In this document: positions 11,669 to 22,949 of the stretch, one piece after another | Layout: each line of letters starts with the position of its first letter | Position numbering within the stretch: the stretch's first letter is position 1 | Source of the DNA: Lama glama | Taxonomy: Eukaryota | DNA: 64,000 nt | Assembly: GCA_028534125.1 (NCBI GenBank) | Contig: CM052816.1 | Coordinates: 67,458,001 to 67,522,000, forward strand | Direction: 5' to 3' | Made by a program: the position numbers and the translations under genes | The notes under the pieces: generated by a model | What the model saw: only the letters and a program-made list of their open reading frames with translations | What the model was told of the DNA's origin: nothing | The model's database searches: none

Positions 11669-12083
11669 TGTTGGGATTAAGCAATCCACCATGGGCCCTA
11701 AGCATCCCTGCATGTTCTTACTTGTATGCCAAAAGTCTTGACAACTCTTTCTATTGCCCATTTCTCAGGGTTATGTTCGCAGAGAACAACATTGAGGAAT
11801 AAGTGATATCCTTCTTTGAGACAAAGAGCAATATTATAAATGTGGTAGATTTCCCACCCCATGTAAGGTTATCAACAACCCGGGCCCTCCATGTCAACTC
11901 TCAAAGGGTTTAAGGGACATGAAGAACAAGTGCCAGAATCATGCATATGCTACCTGCTGTATTATGAATAGTAAAGCTGTCTCTGACCCTGCTGTCTTCT
12001 GCCAGCATCCATGAACAGCAACAGGCTAGCTTGTTACTATTACCTTGAAAGTAGGATAAAATCCCAGTAGACAGATTCTGACA
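11669..12083 (+). mobile_element. 3' LTR of the provirus (LTR40-like, ERV-L class)
   Basis: TGTTGGGA...TTCTGACA ends, purine-rich tract just upstream, TATAAA near 11835; resembles recalled LTR40 consensus. Confidence 0.75.
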
Positions 12084-12199
12084 TACAGCCAGCACAGTAA
12101 AATATGAATAAGAAATACAAGGAACAGGACTGAAAATGCAGATAGAAAACTGGTATTACTTGTGAATGAATAACTGTCCACACTTAAAAAAAAAAATCC

Positions 12200-13900
12200 A
12201 AGACATTCCAGAGTAAAAATTAATCAGGGCTGCTAGATACAACATAACACATGATACAATATATCTGCAACAAAGATTTTATAAGAAAACTTTTCAAAAT
12301 CAGCATTTAAAATAGCAACAGGTACTATAAGGCACTTGAATATATCCAGTGAAATACATGGGAGACTGAAAAATAATAATGTAACTTTAAAACATTAAAG
12401 ATTTCACACACAGACACACACACACTTCCTGAACCAACACCAAAAAAAAAAAGGCAACCCAAAAGAAATAATAAACAAAGAATGTGAACAGGCAATTCAT
12501 AGAAATATAAGCCAATGTCCAAGAAACAGTGAAAATAAATTTCATAACAAAGACTGGCAAAAAATTTAACTGATAATCTGACAAAGTTTTGGCAAGAGTA
12601 TAAAGTGAAGACAATAGTTATGCATAGCATGCAGGAGTAAAAAATCCATACACCACGTGGAAAAGCCGTTTGGCAATAGCGAACTAAATTCCAGCAATTT
12701 TTCTCCTAACTATGGGTTAAAAGAGCCTTGCTACTCAAAGCGTGGTCCATATTCAGGCAGAATCAACAGTGCTTCGAAGACTGTTAAAACTGGCACCTTT
12801 TCTGAAATCTACTGGAATTAGAATCTGCATTTTAACAAAATCCCCACGTTATTTTCATATTCATAAAAGTTTGAGAGGCAAGAGTCTAAAGAATTCTTAT
12901 TCATGTGTACAAGAAGATATTACAAGAATATTCAATGCAGTACTCTCTTTAGTAGCCTAAAGATATAAACAATCTCAATGAGTCAAGTGAAATGTGATAC
13001 AGAGGCACAAAATAGAGTACTACAGGAGTTTTAAGATAATTATACCAAATCAGCAGATATCAGCATGCGGGGAAAAATCCCAAAGATATGTAAAAGCAAG
13101 ATGCAGACATACAAATGATAATTATTTATATAAATTTTATAAACATACAGAACAATGCTATTTATTGATATCACATATCTAGTAATAATATAAGAACATA
13201 CACTGAACATACATTTCCGCTGGGGGAAAAAATGAAGACAGAAAAAAGAATATGAAGAAGTAAACAGTAAACTTCAATTGTTTTATTTCTAGAAGAGACA
13301 CAAAGCTAATAGGGCAAAATGTTAAGGATAAGTACTCTTGGGTGGTTAAGTTCATTTAATTATTCTCTATGCTTCTTTGTATGTTTAACTATTTCATTAG
13401 AACCATCTACATGCTTTTATTCTAACTTACCCAGACAGACAAGCTCTAGGAAGATATCTGCAATATATATGACAAACAAATCCCTCAATACAAAGAGTTA
13501 TTGCAAATAAATCACTAAGAAATAAATTACATTATTCTTAGTTCTTAGAAAGTTCATAACACAAATATGCTCAGCTACAATTAAACAATGCAAATCAAAA
13601 CAATCAAGCACCATTTTTTATCCAATTTCACAAAGATTAAAACATGTAAAACCCGCCAGTGTTGCCAAAACTGAAAAACATGGCCCCCCTCATAAAATTC
13701 TGCAAAGATTATAAATTGGTACAACCTTTTTGGAGAGCAATTAGCATTATCTACCAAAATGTATAAGCCTTCTAATCCATTGATTCTGCTGCTAGGAATT
13801 TACCCTACAAATATATTCAAGAGATGCCTAGGCATTCTTGCAACTTAGTCCATTAATAGGCAACTAATTAAGTAATCTATGTAGATTTCCTCAATAAAAT
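12200..13900 (+). mobile_element. Ancient L1 (L1ME-like) fragments with an embedded MER5-like hAT element (about 12724-12875)
   Basis: Degenerate L1 ORF2-end and 3' UTR motifs; ctactcaaagcgtggtcc...gaatctgcattttaacaa is MER5-like. Confidence 0.65.
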
Positions 13901-13904
13901 ATTA

Positions 13905-14093
13905 CAGTTTACAGCTGAACAACACACGGGGTTACAGGTGCCAACCCTCTGCACAAACATCCATGTATAACTGACTGTACAGTTGAACCCTCCGTATCTA
14001 CAGATTGTGTAGTACTATAGGACATATTTATTGAAAAAAATCCACTTAAGTAGACATGAACAGTTGGAACCCATATTGTTCAAGGGTCAACTG
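13905..14093. mobile_element. Tigger-family MITE (MER8/Tigger2-like)
   Basis: CAGTT...GTTCAAGGGTCAACTG terminal inverted repeats with TA on both sides. Confidence 0.8.
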
Positions 14094-14284
14094 TATGTAA
14101 CCACTGAAGTTAGATATTGGAAATGCTATATTTGAAGAAGAAAAAAGCAATTTCATTTGTTTATACAAACCAGGATAAAAATATACTCTGGTGTAAGCAT
14201 AAAAACACCCTGGTATTTCACTTCTAAAAATTAGTCTACTACCTGATAATCAAGAAAAGTTATTAAACTGGTAAAATTTTTATA

Positions 14285-14460
14285 GTCAGGCACACATGGG
14301 TTCCTATCCTAACTCTAGCACTTTGGGGACAGGTTACTTATCTCTCTCAACTTCAGTTCCCTCATATGTAAGTGGGGGAATAAACAGTATTTTATATCTT
14401 ACAATTTTTGTTAGCCTTTATAAACTGTTTTACATAGTGACTGGCATGTAGTAGTAATTC
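14285..14460 (+). mobile_element. MIR
   Basis: Core motif gttacttatctctctcaacttcagttccctcatatgtaa. Confidence 0.7.
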
Positions 14461-16487
14461 AAGGTGCAATAGTTATTACATTTTAAATCTTTTTCTGAAT
14501 TCCTTTTAAAAAGTTTAGCAATTTTTTTCTGATTCCCAGAATATCTGAATTACTAGTTAACAAAAACTACACAGTAAACAAGTAGTTTTAATGAAATCAG
14601 CTACCAATCTGACTGAATTTTCTGATCCTCTTAGACTAAAGTTTAAATAGCAAGCATTTTCAATGCTGACATTGCTTATATTACTAAAGGGAAGTAAATA
14701 CAATGTTACTTTTCAAACTGCAGGTCAGGACCCCTTACAGAGGGTAAAGAAATCAGTAGCAATTTGCATTTTTTATTGGAATTAAAAAAGAACAGAAGAT
14801 CACAAGAGAAAGAAAACCACAGGTATATGACTTTTTGTTTTAGTTATACGTATGTGTATATAAAAGCATTATGTAAAATTTGCTTCTTTACTGGGTCCCA
14901 ATCAAAAGCTAATGCTCTATTTCACAGACATAATCAACCACATGCAGTTTAAAATATTACCACATGATGGGGCTAAAATTCTGCACACCTAGGAAATCTA
15001 CTCAGGTGCAGTACTAAAAAGTTACCCTTAACTCAAATCCTCATATAATTCCTTCAAACAAATAAAAAAGACTTCCACTAAGTTGAAATAGAGAACACAA
15101 TAATAATTAATCTCTGCCCCATTTAGTAAGGATAAGATTAAGAGCGCTGGCAGAAAACAAGAGGTTAATTATAAATGAGAATCCATCAATAGTGATTTTG
15201 AGTGATGAAAGGACAAGACAGAACTAAACTAAAGGTGTGTATTTGTATTTGTTTGTCAAAACCTCTCGGAGCAAGGTTTAAAGATATAGTTTCAAATATT
15301 GTTATTTAACAATTCAACTGACAGCATTTTCTGGAGGTAATTTAGAATAAAGCAGAATAACTGAGAATTTAGAATAGGCAATCCCAAATCTCAAAATCAT
15401 CATCTTCATTCCTGAGGGCCTGTATCCAGATCAAGAGTCTGGTTCTAGAGAGCAGTAAGGATTTTCACCACACTTAACAACAGCAATCAATCTTCATCAA
15501 CCTCAGATTAACATCTGAATGAAGACAAAAATTATTTTCAAGCTTTTTTATGTTCGTAGCTAACTCTCTAGGTGCTGGTTATTTTTTATTGATATGCTTA
15601 AAAATGAAAACAAGTCAGAGAAAATGAATTAAAGAGAAAAAGGAAACAAAGGGAGGAGCAGAAAATTCCTACGTATGCAGGTTCTGAAGTAGGCTGGGGG
15701 TGCAGTGAAATGAACCCAGGAAAAGCACGGGGGAACAAACAACAAAGAAGCATATTCCAGAGACCTAAACATAAGAGGAAAGGAGGCAAAGAGTCTAAGA
15801 AGTGATCTCAGTTGCTTAACAGTGGTAGTCTACATTTTCTAACGATTCTGATTCCATTTTAGTCTGTGAAATAAAATGTTTAAACATTTTACAAAATTCC
15901 AAAATTAATCCTATGAAAATACAGAACAGAAAATGCATCCTAAATTCCAGTCTAGGTTCACACTAATTACATGAAAAAAGCAAGTCAATTAACCTTCCAG
16001 AGAATTCATCACAATAGTAAAATAAAGTCAGGTCACATGATCATTAAGAGCCATTTTCAAACATTAAAATTCCCTTGTCTAGGAGAATTTTATTACTCCA
16101 GGGCAGCTTTTTCAACATATTATGGGCCAAATTTATTATAATCTGACAAGTCTTTACTGGGGAGTAACTTTCCAAATTATAAAATTGTTCCCATGAACTG
16201 TTTTAATGAACTTTTCATAAGAACTGTGTATACCCCTAAAAGGTCCTAAAAGAATGCCTTAGCATGCATGGCAAAGCTTAATTAACAGGCAAGCTGATCA
16301 AGACCCTCTTTTGATTTCTCTGCACTATGGAAAAAACAAAGTGGAAGACAGCTATTAAGCTAGAGAGATCGAGTCTCATCAATTCCAAGGTCCCTCTTAA
16401 CACATCTAATAAGTAAATGACAATTTCAATGCCCACCAGGTCTTATACAAATCATATTCTGTTTTAGTTACTTAAAATGAACATTTT

Positions 16488-16783
16488 TATATAAAACACA
16501 AACAGACTCATAGATATAGAATACAAACTTGTGGTTGCCAGGGGGGAGGGGGGGTGGGAAGGGACAGACTGGGAGTTTGAAATTTGTAGATACTGACAGG
16601 CATATATAGAATAGAACATACTGTATAGCACAGGGAACTATATACAAGATCTTGTGGTTGCTCACTGTGAAAAACAATGTGAAAATGGGTATGTGTATAT
16701 TCACGTACGACTGAAAAATTGTACTGTACACCAGAAATTGACACATTGTAAACTGACTATAACTCAATAAAAAATAAAAAAAT
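16488..16783 (+). mobile_element. 5'-truncated lineage-specific L1 3' end
   Basis: Artiodactyl-type L1 3' UTR with G tract and A tail; TSD aaaa(t/c)gaacatttt at 16474-16487 and 16784-16797. Confidence 0.9.
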
Positions 16784-17281
16784 AAAACGAACATTTTAAA
16801 ATTAGTGAGTCCTGATATGTAACAATACTGCAAAGTTCTCATCACTCCTGAAATTTCACTAATATGCCTTTCAAAGTCTTATTTATTTGAAAAAGAAGTC
16901 TTTCCAGTTATAAGGAAAGACTTCAAAAACCTGGCTTTTTTTAAAAAACATATTATCTATAGGAAAGTAAGTAAAGGAAGTTATCAGAAGAATAGTATAG
17001 GAAAACAAAATGCAAAAGTAATGTTCAATTATTTAACTGGCTTGAATTTTAAAATGCAGCAATCTGATTAACACAAGAGACAACTTTTGAAGTAAATAGT
17101 TTAGTTGTTGATGGTATATTGAAAACTGATTTTTTAAATAAAAAGCAATAGATTAAATATGAAATAACTTAGAATCTAAAAAGTATTTCTATGCAAAAAC
17201 ATTAAGCTTTCAGTTTAACTACGTCTGTACAGAAGATGAACTAGATGCAGACAGAAAGAAAAGAGATGCAAGAAAGAATAC

Positions 17282-17344
17282 CTTTGTTGATGATGGTGGG
17301 GTAGGAAAATTAAGCCAGGCTGGAGCAAAGTCATGCTGCGCCAT
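17282..17344 (-). CDS. GPBP1: GPBP1 first coding segment (63 nt, MAQHDFAPAWLNFPTPPSSTK)
   Basis: ATG at 17344-17342, 21 codons, donor AAG|GTATT at 17281, phase 0. Not in the ORF track; read directly. Confidence 0.97.
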
Positions 17345-17401
17345 TTAGGTCCAGTCTCTCCAACTCAGCGAAACAAGGCTTCAACACCTCATGGCAAGTC
17401 C
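17345..17401 (-). other. GPBP1: 5' UTR part of the start-codon exon (whole exon 17282-17401, 120 nt)
   Basis: Acceptor ttttatatgacag|GGACTT with AG at 17403-17402; implies at least one upstream non-coding exon. Confidence 0.8.
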
Positions 17402-17499
17402 CTGTCATATAAAAATGGAAGACATTAGATCTGTATAGCTCCTGGACAAAATTACCTTTTTATCACCCCCTTTAAATTACAATGAGTCAACTACTACAA

Positions 17500-18600
17500 A
17501 ATTTCAACTATAATGAAATTCTAGAGAAGACAAAAATATAGTGATAAAAACTAGATCACTGGATTCGGGGTGAAGGGTCTAGGGAGAAGGGAAACGACTG
17601 CAAAGAGAAGGAGGCAATTTTCAAACTATGGGGTATCTACCCTAATTGTGGTGATGGTTTTACAAATGTACACACTTGTCAAAACTCATCAAATTGTGCA
17701 CTTAAAACTGAATAATTTTATTATAAACATAGTTCAAAGAATCTTATTTTTTAAAATTACAATGACTTTATCACAAACAGACTAACTAGCAAATGTCTCC
17801 TGATGTGACACGAGAACATGCAGGCCGCATTATCTATGATGCATTCTTTCTCCCATCTCATATGGAATCTGAAATCTGATGTAACTACCAATTAGTTGGA
17901 AATTCAACATAGAAGAACAAGTTAAAGAACACCTGAGGGAAGTAATCCACCAAATGCAGATCACAAGATATTCTACAGGTCAAATGATCTGGTTTCTTCA
18001 ACAAATAAATGACTTTCATAAGCAGATCAATCAAATACAACACGTGGACCTTACGCAGATCCTTACTCAAACCAACCAACTTTTAAGAAGTGAAAATTAA
18101 GCAACGGTCAAAAATTTGAACATGAACTATTAAATGACATTAAGAAATTATTGATCATTTTAGATGTGGTAACAGCAGGATAGTGGTACAGTGGACCCTT
18201 GAACAACATGGGTTTGAGCTTGAGCTGTGAGGCTTCACTTCACATAGATTTTTTCCACTCAATACATACCACAGCAATAAGCAACCTGATGTAGGTCGGA
18301 TCCAAGAATGAGCAGCAGGTGTAGAGGGCCAACTGTAAGGTTATAGTCAGACTTTCAACTGCATGGATGGACAGTACCCCAACCCCCCCACTGTTCAAGA
18401 ACCAACTGTATATAAAAGGACGTACACTAATTTACAATCTTTACAATTAAATGGATACATCTGGAATTTGCTTTTAAAATTAACCAGGGAATACTGAATA
18501 AAGATATAGTTGAAACAAGATTGTCCATATGTTAATAAGCATTAGTACAAGGAGGTGTATAAATATTCTACTTAACATGTTTGAAAATTTCCATAATTAA
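17500..18600 (+). mobile_element. Old L1 (L1MB/L1MC-like) 3' fragments
   Basis: ttgtggtgatggttttaca...tgtcaaaactcatcaaattgtgcacttaaa and related L1 3' UTR motifs. Confidence 0.65.
18189..18408. mobile_element. Tigger-family MITE (MER8-like)
   Basis: ta|CAGTGGACCCTTGAACAAC...GTTCAAGAACCAACTG|ta inverted ends with TA TSD. Confidence 0.82.
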
Positions 18601-18628
18601 AAAGTATTTTTTAATTATAATCATCACA

Positions 18629-18760
18629 GTGGGGAGGGTACAGCTCAGTGGTAGAGTGCATGCCTAGCATGCATGAAGTCCTGGGTTCAACCCCAGTACC
18701 TCCATCAATAAGTAAGTTAAGTAAGTAAGTAAATAATAAACCTAATTACCCCCACAAAAT
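18629..18760 (+). mobile_element. tRNA-derived SINE (Vic-1-like)
   Basis: A and B boxes, TAAG-rich tail; TSD atta(t/c)aatcatcaca at 18614-18628 and 18761-18775. Confidence 0.9.
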
Positions 18761-19234
18761 ATTACAATCATCACAATGAGCGTTCACTGCTCTTCTGCAT
18801 TCTAAATTTAACTTTTGGGGAGCTTCTCTCAATAACATCAATAAAAGTTTCAAGTTGCCAACCCAATCTAAACATAGTAAATTTTTAATTTTTTTAAATG
18901 AGGCAGAAGCCAACTGGGCAACTGTACTCATTTCAACATAGTGCTTAGACTAGTAGTCAATGAAAAAACTCTTATTTTCTCAACATTAAAATGTCTCAGT
19001 TTACTAATAAATGTTTTATATTTACAATTGCATAATAATCTCAAAAGTGAAATTTTAAAAAGCAAAATGATCAATACCATCGTAAGTCTTCCTTTCTCAA
19101 AATTCTTTCAAATATAAGTGCTATGGCAGAATTTTTTTAAAGTCATATCAATTTCTTAAAACTCTCAATATATTACAGAAACATTCTACTTCTTCTATCC
19201 CAAACTGTACTGGTTTATAAAGGTTAAGAATGGC

Positions 19235-19645
19235 CAAAAGGCAAAGCTACAGAAACAATAAAAAGATCGTGATTTCCAGGGGTTTACGGAGAGGAAGGGA
19301 GGGAGGAACAAATAGATGGAGCACAAGGGATTTTTAGGGCAATGAAATTATTCTATATGATACTATAGTAGTGGCTACATGTCATTATGCATTTTTCAAA
19401 ACCCACAGAATGAACAAAATCAAGAGTGAACCCTAATGTAAACTGTGGACTTTGGATGATAATAATGTGCTCATGTTGGTTCATCGATTGTACCATGTAT
19501 GCCACACTGATAAGGGATGTTGAGGGTAGGGGAGTGTGTCTGTGTGGGTGGGGAGGGCTACGTGCAAACTCTGTATTTTCTGCTCAGTTCTGCTGTGAAT
19601 CTGAAACTGCTCTAAAATTAAAGTCTATTAATAAAAAAAAAAAAG
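19235..19645 (+). mobile_element. L1MC/L1MD-like 3' end with poly(A)
   Basis: gagtgaaccctaatgtaaactgtggactttgg...ctgctctaaaattaaagtctatt followed by an A run. Confidence 0.85.
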
Positions 19646-19795
19646 GCCAGATACAAGAAAGAGATACAGATGGTTAACTCACTATGGTAATGAAAATGTT
19701 TAAATGTTCAATTACATGTTCATGTGTCAGGGATTAAAAAAAACAGAAAGAAACCTTGATACAATTTATGAATTCCAATAAAACACTTATGAAAC

Positions 19796-19961
19796 GGGGG
19801 GAGGGTATAGCTCAAGTAGTAGAGCACCCACTTAGCATACACAAGGTCCTGGGTTCAATCTCCAGTACTTCCTCTAAAAATAAGTAAGTAAATCTAACTA
19901 CCCTCCCTCACCAAAAAAATAAATAAATAAATATTTTAAAAAAAACAGAAAAGCAAAAAAC
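19796..19961 (+). mobile_element. tRNA-derived SINE (Vic-1-like)
   Basis: A and B boxes; TSD cacttatgaaac at 19784-19795 and 19962-19973. Confidence 0.9.
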
Positions 19962-20576
19962 CACTTATGAAACAAACGCAACATTTTAAGAGTGTCTCTA
20001 AATCAAAATGAACTATGCAAAAATTCAGACATTTTGAGCTCTAATTCTACCATCACTTTACATTATATTTGGAAGTCTTGTGAAATAAAAATGAGAATAA
20101 AAGTGTTGTAGGATTTATAAAAGACTTTTATTATCTACTTTGACGTGAAGCTAAATACTAACTGCTTTGTGGTGTTTGTAATAGGATGTTACTTTTCCAA
20201 CAACTTTTCTCTGGAAACTCTTTAAAACCTTAAGTCCAATAACTCAATGAGAATGAAAAATTGTTTTTACATCTTGTTCCAAGTAACAATTCACAAAAAA
20301 CTCCAAAGAACCTAAATAAAATAACCAATAATTTAAAGTTTATCATTTTAAACAGGGTCTCATTCAAGATGATGGTTAAATGAGAAGTTAAATACTAAAA
20401 TCTATCTCTGGGAGGCAAACCACCACTATTAGCTCTTCATTTCTGCAATGTCTTTATGAATTCTAATTTAAATCTATCTTAAAGAAAAAAGCACGGATAG
20501 CTCATGGCATAAGTTTTCCTGTTCAGGAAAAACGTAAAAAATACTAGTTAATATTAGGACATTTACACAACAAGTG

Positions 20577-21064
20577 TGTAAAGGTATCAGGATATGCCAT
20601 CCCCAAAATACGCCACTTTGATGTAAGAAAAATTAAGCTGAAAGCATGTGAGTACCTGAAATCCCTTGTCTACCTAAAAGCAGAACCTCTCCCCAAAATT
20701 TATCAATCCCCTTCTCTGAAGCAACTCTAACCTTCTCTTCTGGGAGACTCCCCTCCCCCACCCAAAAACTTCAGCACCACACCCAGACATTGTCACACTC
20801 CTAAAGGCCCATTTATCTACCTTTCCTAGAACTCCTTTGCTTTTCCATTTAAATAAATGCCCTTTTCCCCCTACGAAAACAGAGGTACAGAGATTCCAAA
20901 GTCTAATCATCTCTTTGAGTTAGTCATCTCTAGATATTGCCAGATATGAGTACATGCTAATAATCTTTTTGTTGTTGTTGTTGTTAGTGTCTTTGTCAGT
21001 CGAATACAGGGCTCCAGCCAGAAAATTTAGGAGGGTAGAAGGAAAAAGAAACTACTCCCCTACA
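20577..21064 (+). mobile_element. Solo LTR, MER34/MER39-like (ERV1)
   Basis: TGTA...GATATGCCATCCCCAAAATACGCC start and CCCCTACA end. Confidence 0.75.
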
Positions 21065-21159
21065 TGTGCAAAGGCAAGTTAAAGTTTAAAAGCTCCACCC
21101 TATTTTCTTTTAACAGTGCTTTGTGACATCTGACTTCATTTAACCTTCCTTTCTCTGTA

Positions 21160-21547
21160 TGTTACATGCTGAATTGTGTCCATTCCCTTGCCCCAAAATC
21201 TCATCATGCTGAAATCTAGTATACCTTAGTTTGGAAAGAAGATCTTTAAAATAGATGATTAACTTAAATGGGGCTGTTACAGTGGGCTCCTATTCCAATC
21301 TTGTGTCCTTTTAAGAGGAAGGAACCTGGATACAGGAGAGACACCAGGGTGGCACATACACAGAGAAAATATCACATGAAGAAGTAGCAAGAAGTTGGCA
21401 AGCCAAGGAGAGAGGCCTCAAAGGAAATCAATCCTGCTGGCATCTTGATCTTGGACTTCTAGCCTCCAGAACTATGAGAAAATAAATTTCTGTATAAGCT
21501 ATCCAGTTTAAGCTATTTTGTTATGGCAGTCCTAGTAAGCTAATACA
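21160..21547 (+). mobile_element. MaLR solo LTR (MLT1-like)
   Basis: TGTTA...tgaattgtgtcc start, ggacttctagcctccagaactatgagaaaataaa, and CTAATACA end. Confidence 0.85.
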
Positions 21548-22949
21548 AACAGCAATAACAGAAATATACTAAATATGTTTATGGATTTCCTTTACACATA
21601 TCAACCAGCACACACAGAGATGACTACCAAAGGGGATAGGGATGGAGAGGATGAGGAGGTGGGAAAGTCAGCAACCCCAGTAACACCCCACGGATTCCAG
21701 CTTATTAGGAATCTTCTACCAGATTCCATTATAAGGCCTGAAAGCCATATGTGTGGATATATAAAGAGTTACTATTTTTTAAATGCTGCCATTTAAAACT
21801 TTAATGAAAATCCTAATTTCCCATCTTGCATCCAATTTACAACTTGTTCAGCACCGACAGTAGAAATTCACCAGGGGAAAACTGGTTCTGAAATAATCCA
21901 AATGTAAACTCTGTGTATTTTTAAGTGTCCATGTCTAATTTAAAAAAAATTACTTAGAAGTTCCAAATATGGCTCTTTGAATTAAAAAAACAATATACTT
22001 TGGCAAAAAATACACAAATAGATGGGATTTTCCTATTTCTGGTTGTCTTACTTCTAAATCCACCAATTAGTGCCAAATATTTTCTCAATAAAAAACTTAC
22101 TCAGTCCCCCCACCAAAAAAATTTTAAAAAAAAAAACTTAGATTGACTTCATCAGAATGATCAAACTTACTATCTTTACAATGGTTTATATTTCAAATAA
22201 ATAAGCTTTAAAAGTCATGAAGTCTGTAAAAACACCCCCAATCAACCAACAGCTAAGGCATTCTAACTAGAGGGATAGTACAGATTATTTAAAAAAAGAA
22301 CAAGGGCTTCAGAATCTAAGAGGCCTGTTATTCAAATCAGCTCAACCAATTACTAGGCTGGATGACCTCGGCTATTTAATAACATCAGAGTCTCAGTTAC
22401 TTCTAAAATTAAGATAACTACTACTTACCTTAAAAAATTCATCCTGAAAACCATTAAGTTATTAAAACACTAGTAAACTTCACCACCAGACTATCTACAT
22501 AACAACCCTGAATAAGGTCAGGGTTTCAAACATAAGCCAAACTGCTAATATTCCTTCATTAGAAAGACAAGAACCAGACAACCACTATTCATATTCATCC
22601 TTAATTCTCTTAACAGTAAACCTGGGAAATATTCCTTTAGTGTAAGCTTAAAGTATTAACAGATTTCACTTAAAAAGTGAGTCTTCTTCCCAACTTAGGC
22701 CTAAAGCCATTACATGCGGCAAAGCACAGGAGCCAAGGAAGGGTCAAAATTAAGTTTAGAGCCAGAGGAGAGATGAGAAGGTATCAACACATGGCCCAGC
22801 ACAGGGTGTCAGCATCAAAGCAGGGTGAGAAAGGATGTCCATACAGAGGGATATCCAGGAATGCGGCACTGAGCCCAAAAAGAGGCAGGCATCATGTGGT
22901 AGGAAGGAAGCTGCTAAACAGTGAGTCAAAAGATTAAACACAGAGAGAA

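Larger units (their letters stand above)
1..17401 (-). other. GPBP1: GPBP1 (vasculin, GC-rich promoter binding protein 1) gene, partial: start-codon exon through the intron after the 60-nt cassette exon; continues beyond position 1 and upstream of 17401
   Basis: Exons with canonical AG/GT boundaries splice in frame to MAQHDFAPAWLNFPTPPSSTK-SSLNFEKHSENFSWTENRYDVNRRRHNSSDGFDSGIGRPNGG-NFGRKEKNGWRTHG...EAEDF-PSLNPEYEREPNQNKSLAAGVW, recognised as the vasculin N-terminus. Confidence 0.96.

Noticed and set aside
16468..16845. 125-aa minus-strand ORF
   Set aside because: Antisense translation of an L1 3' UTR.
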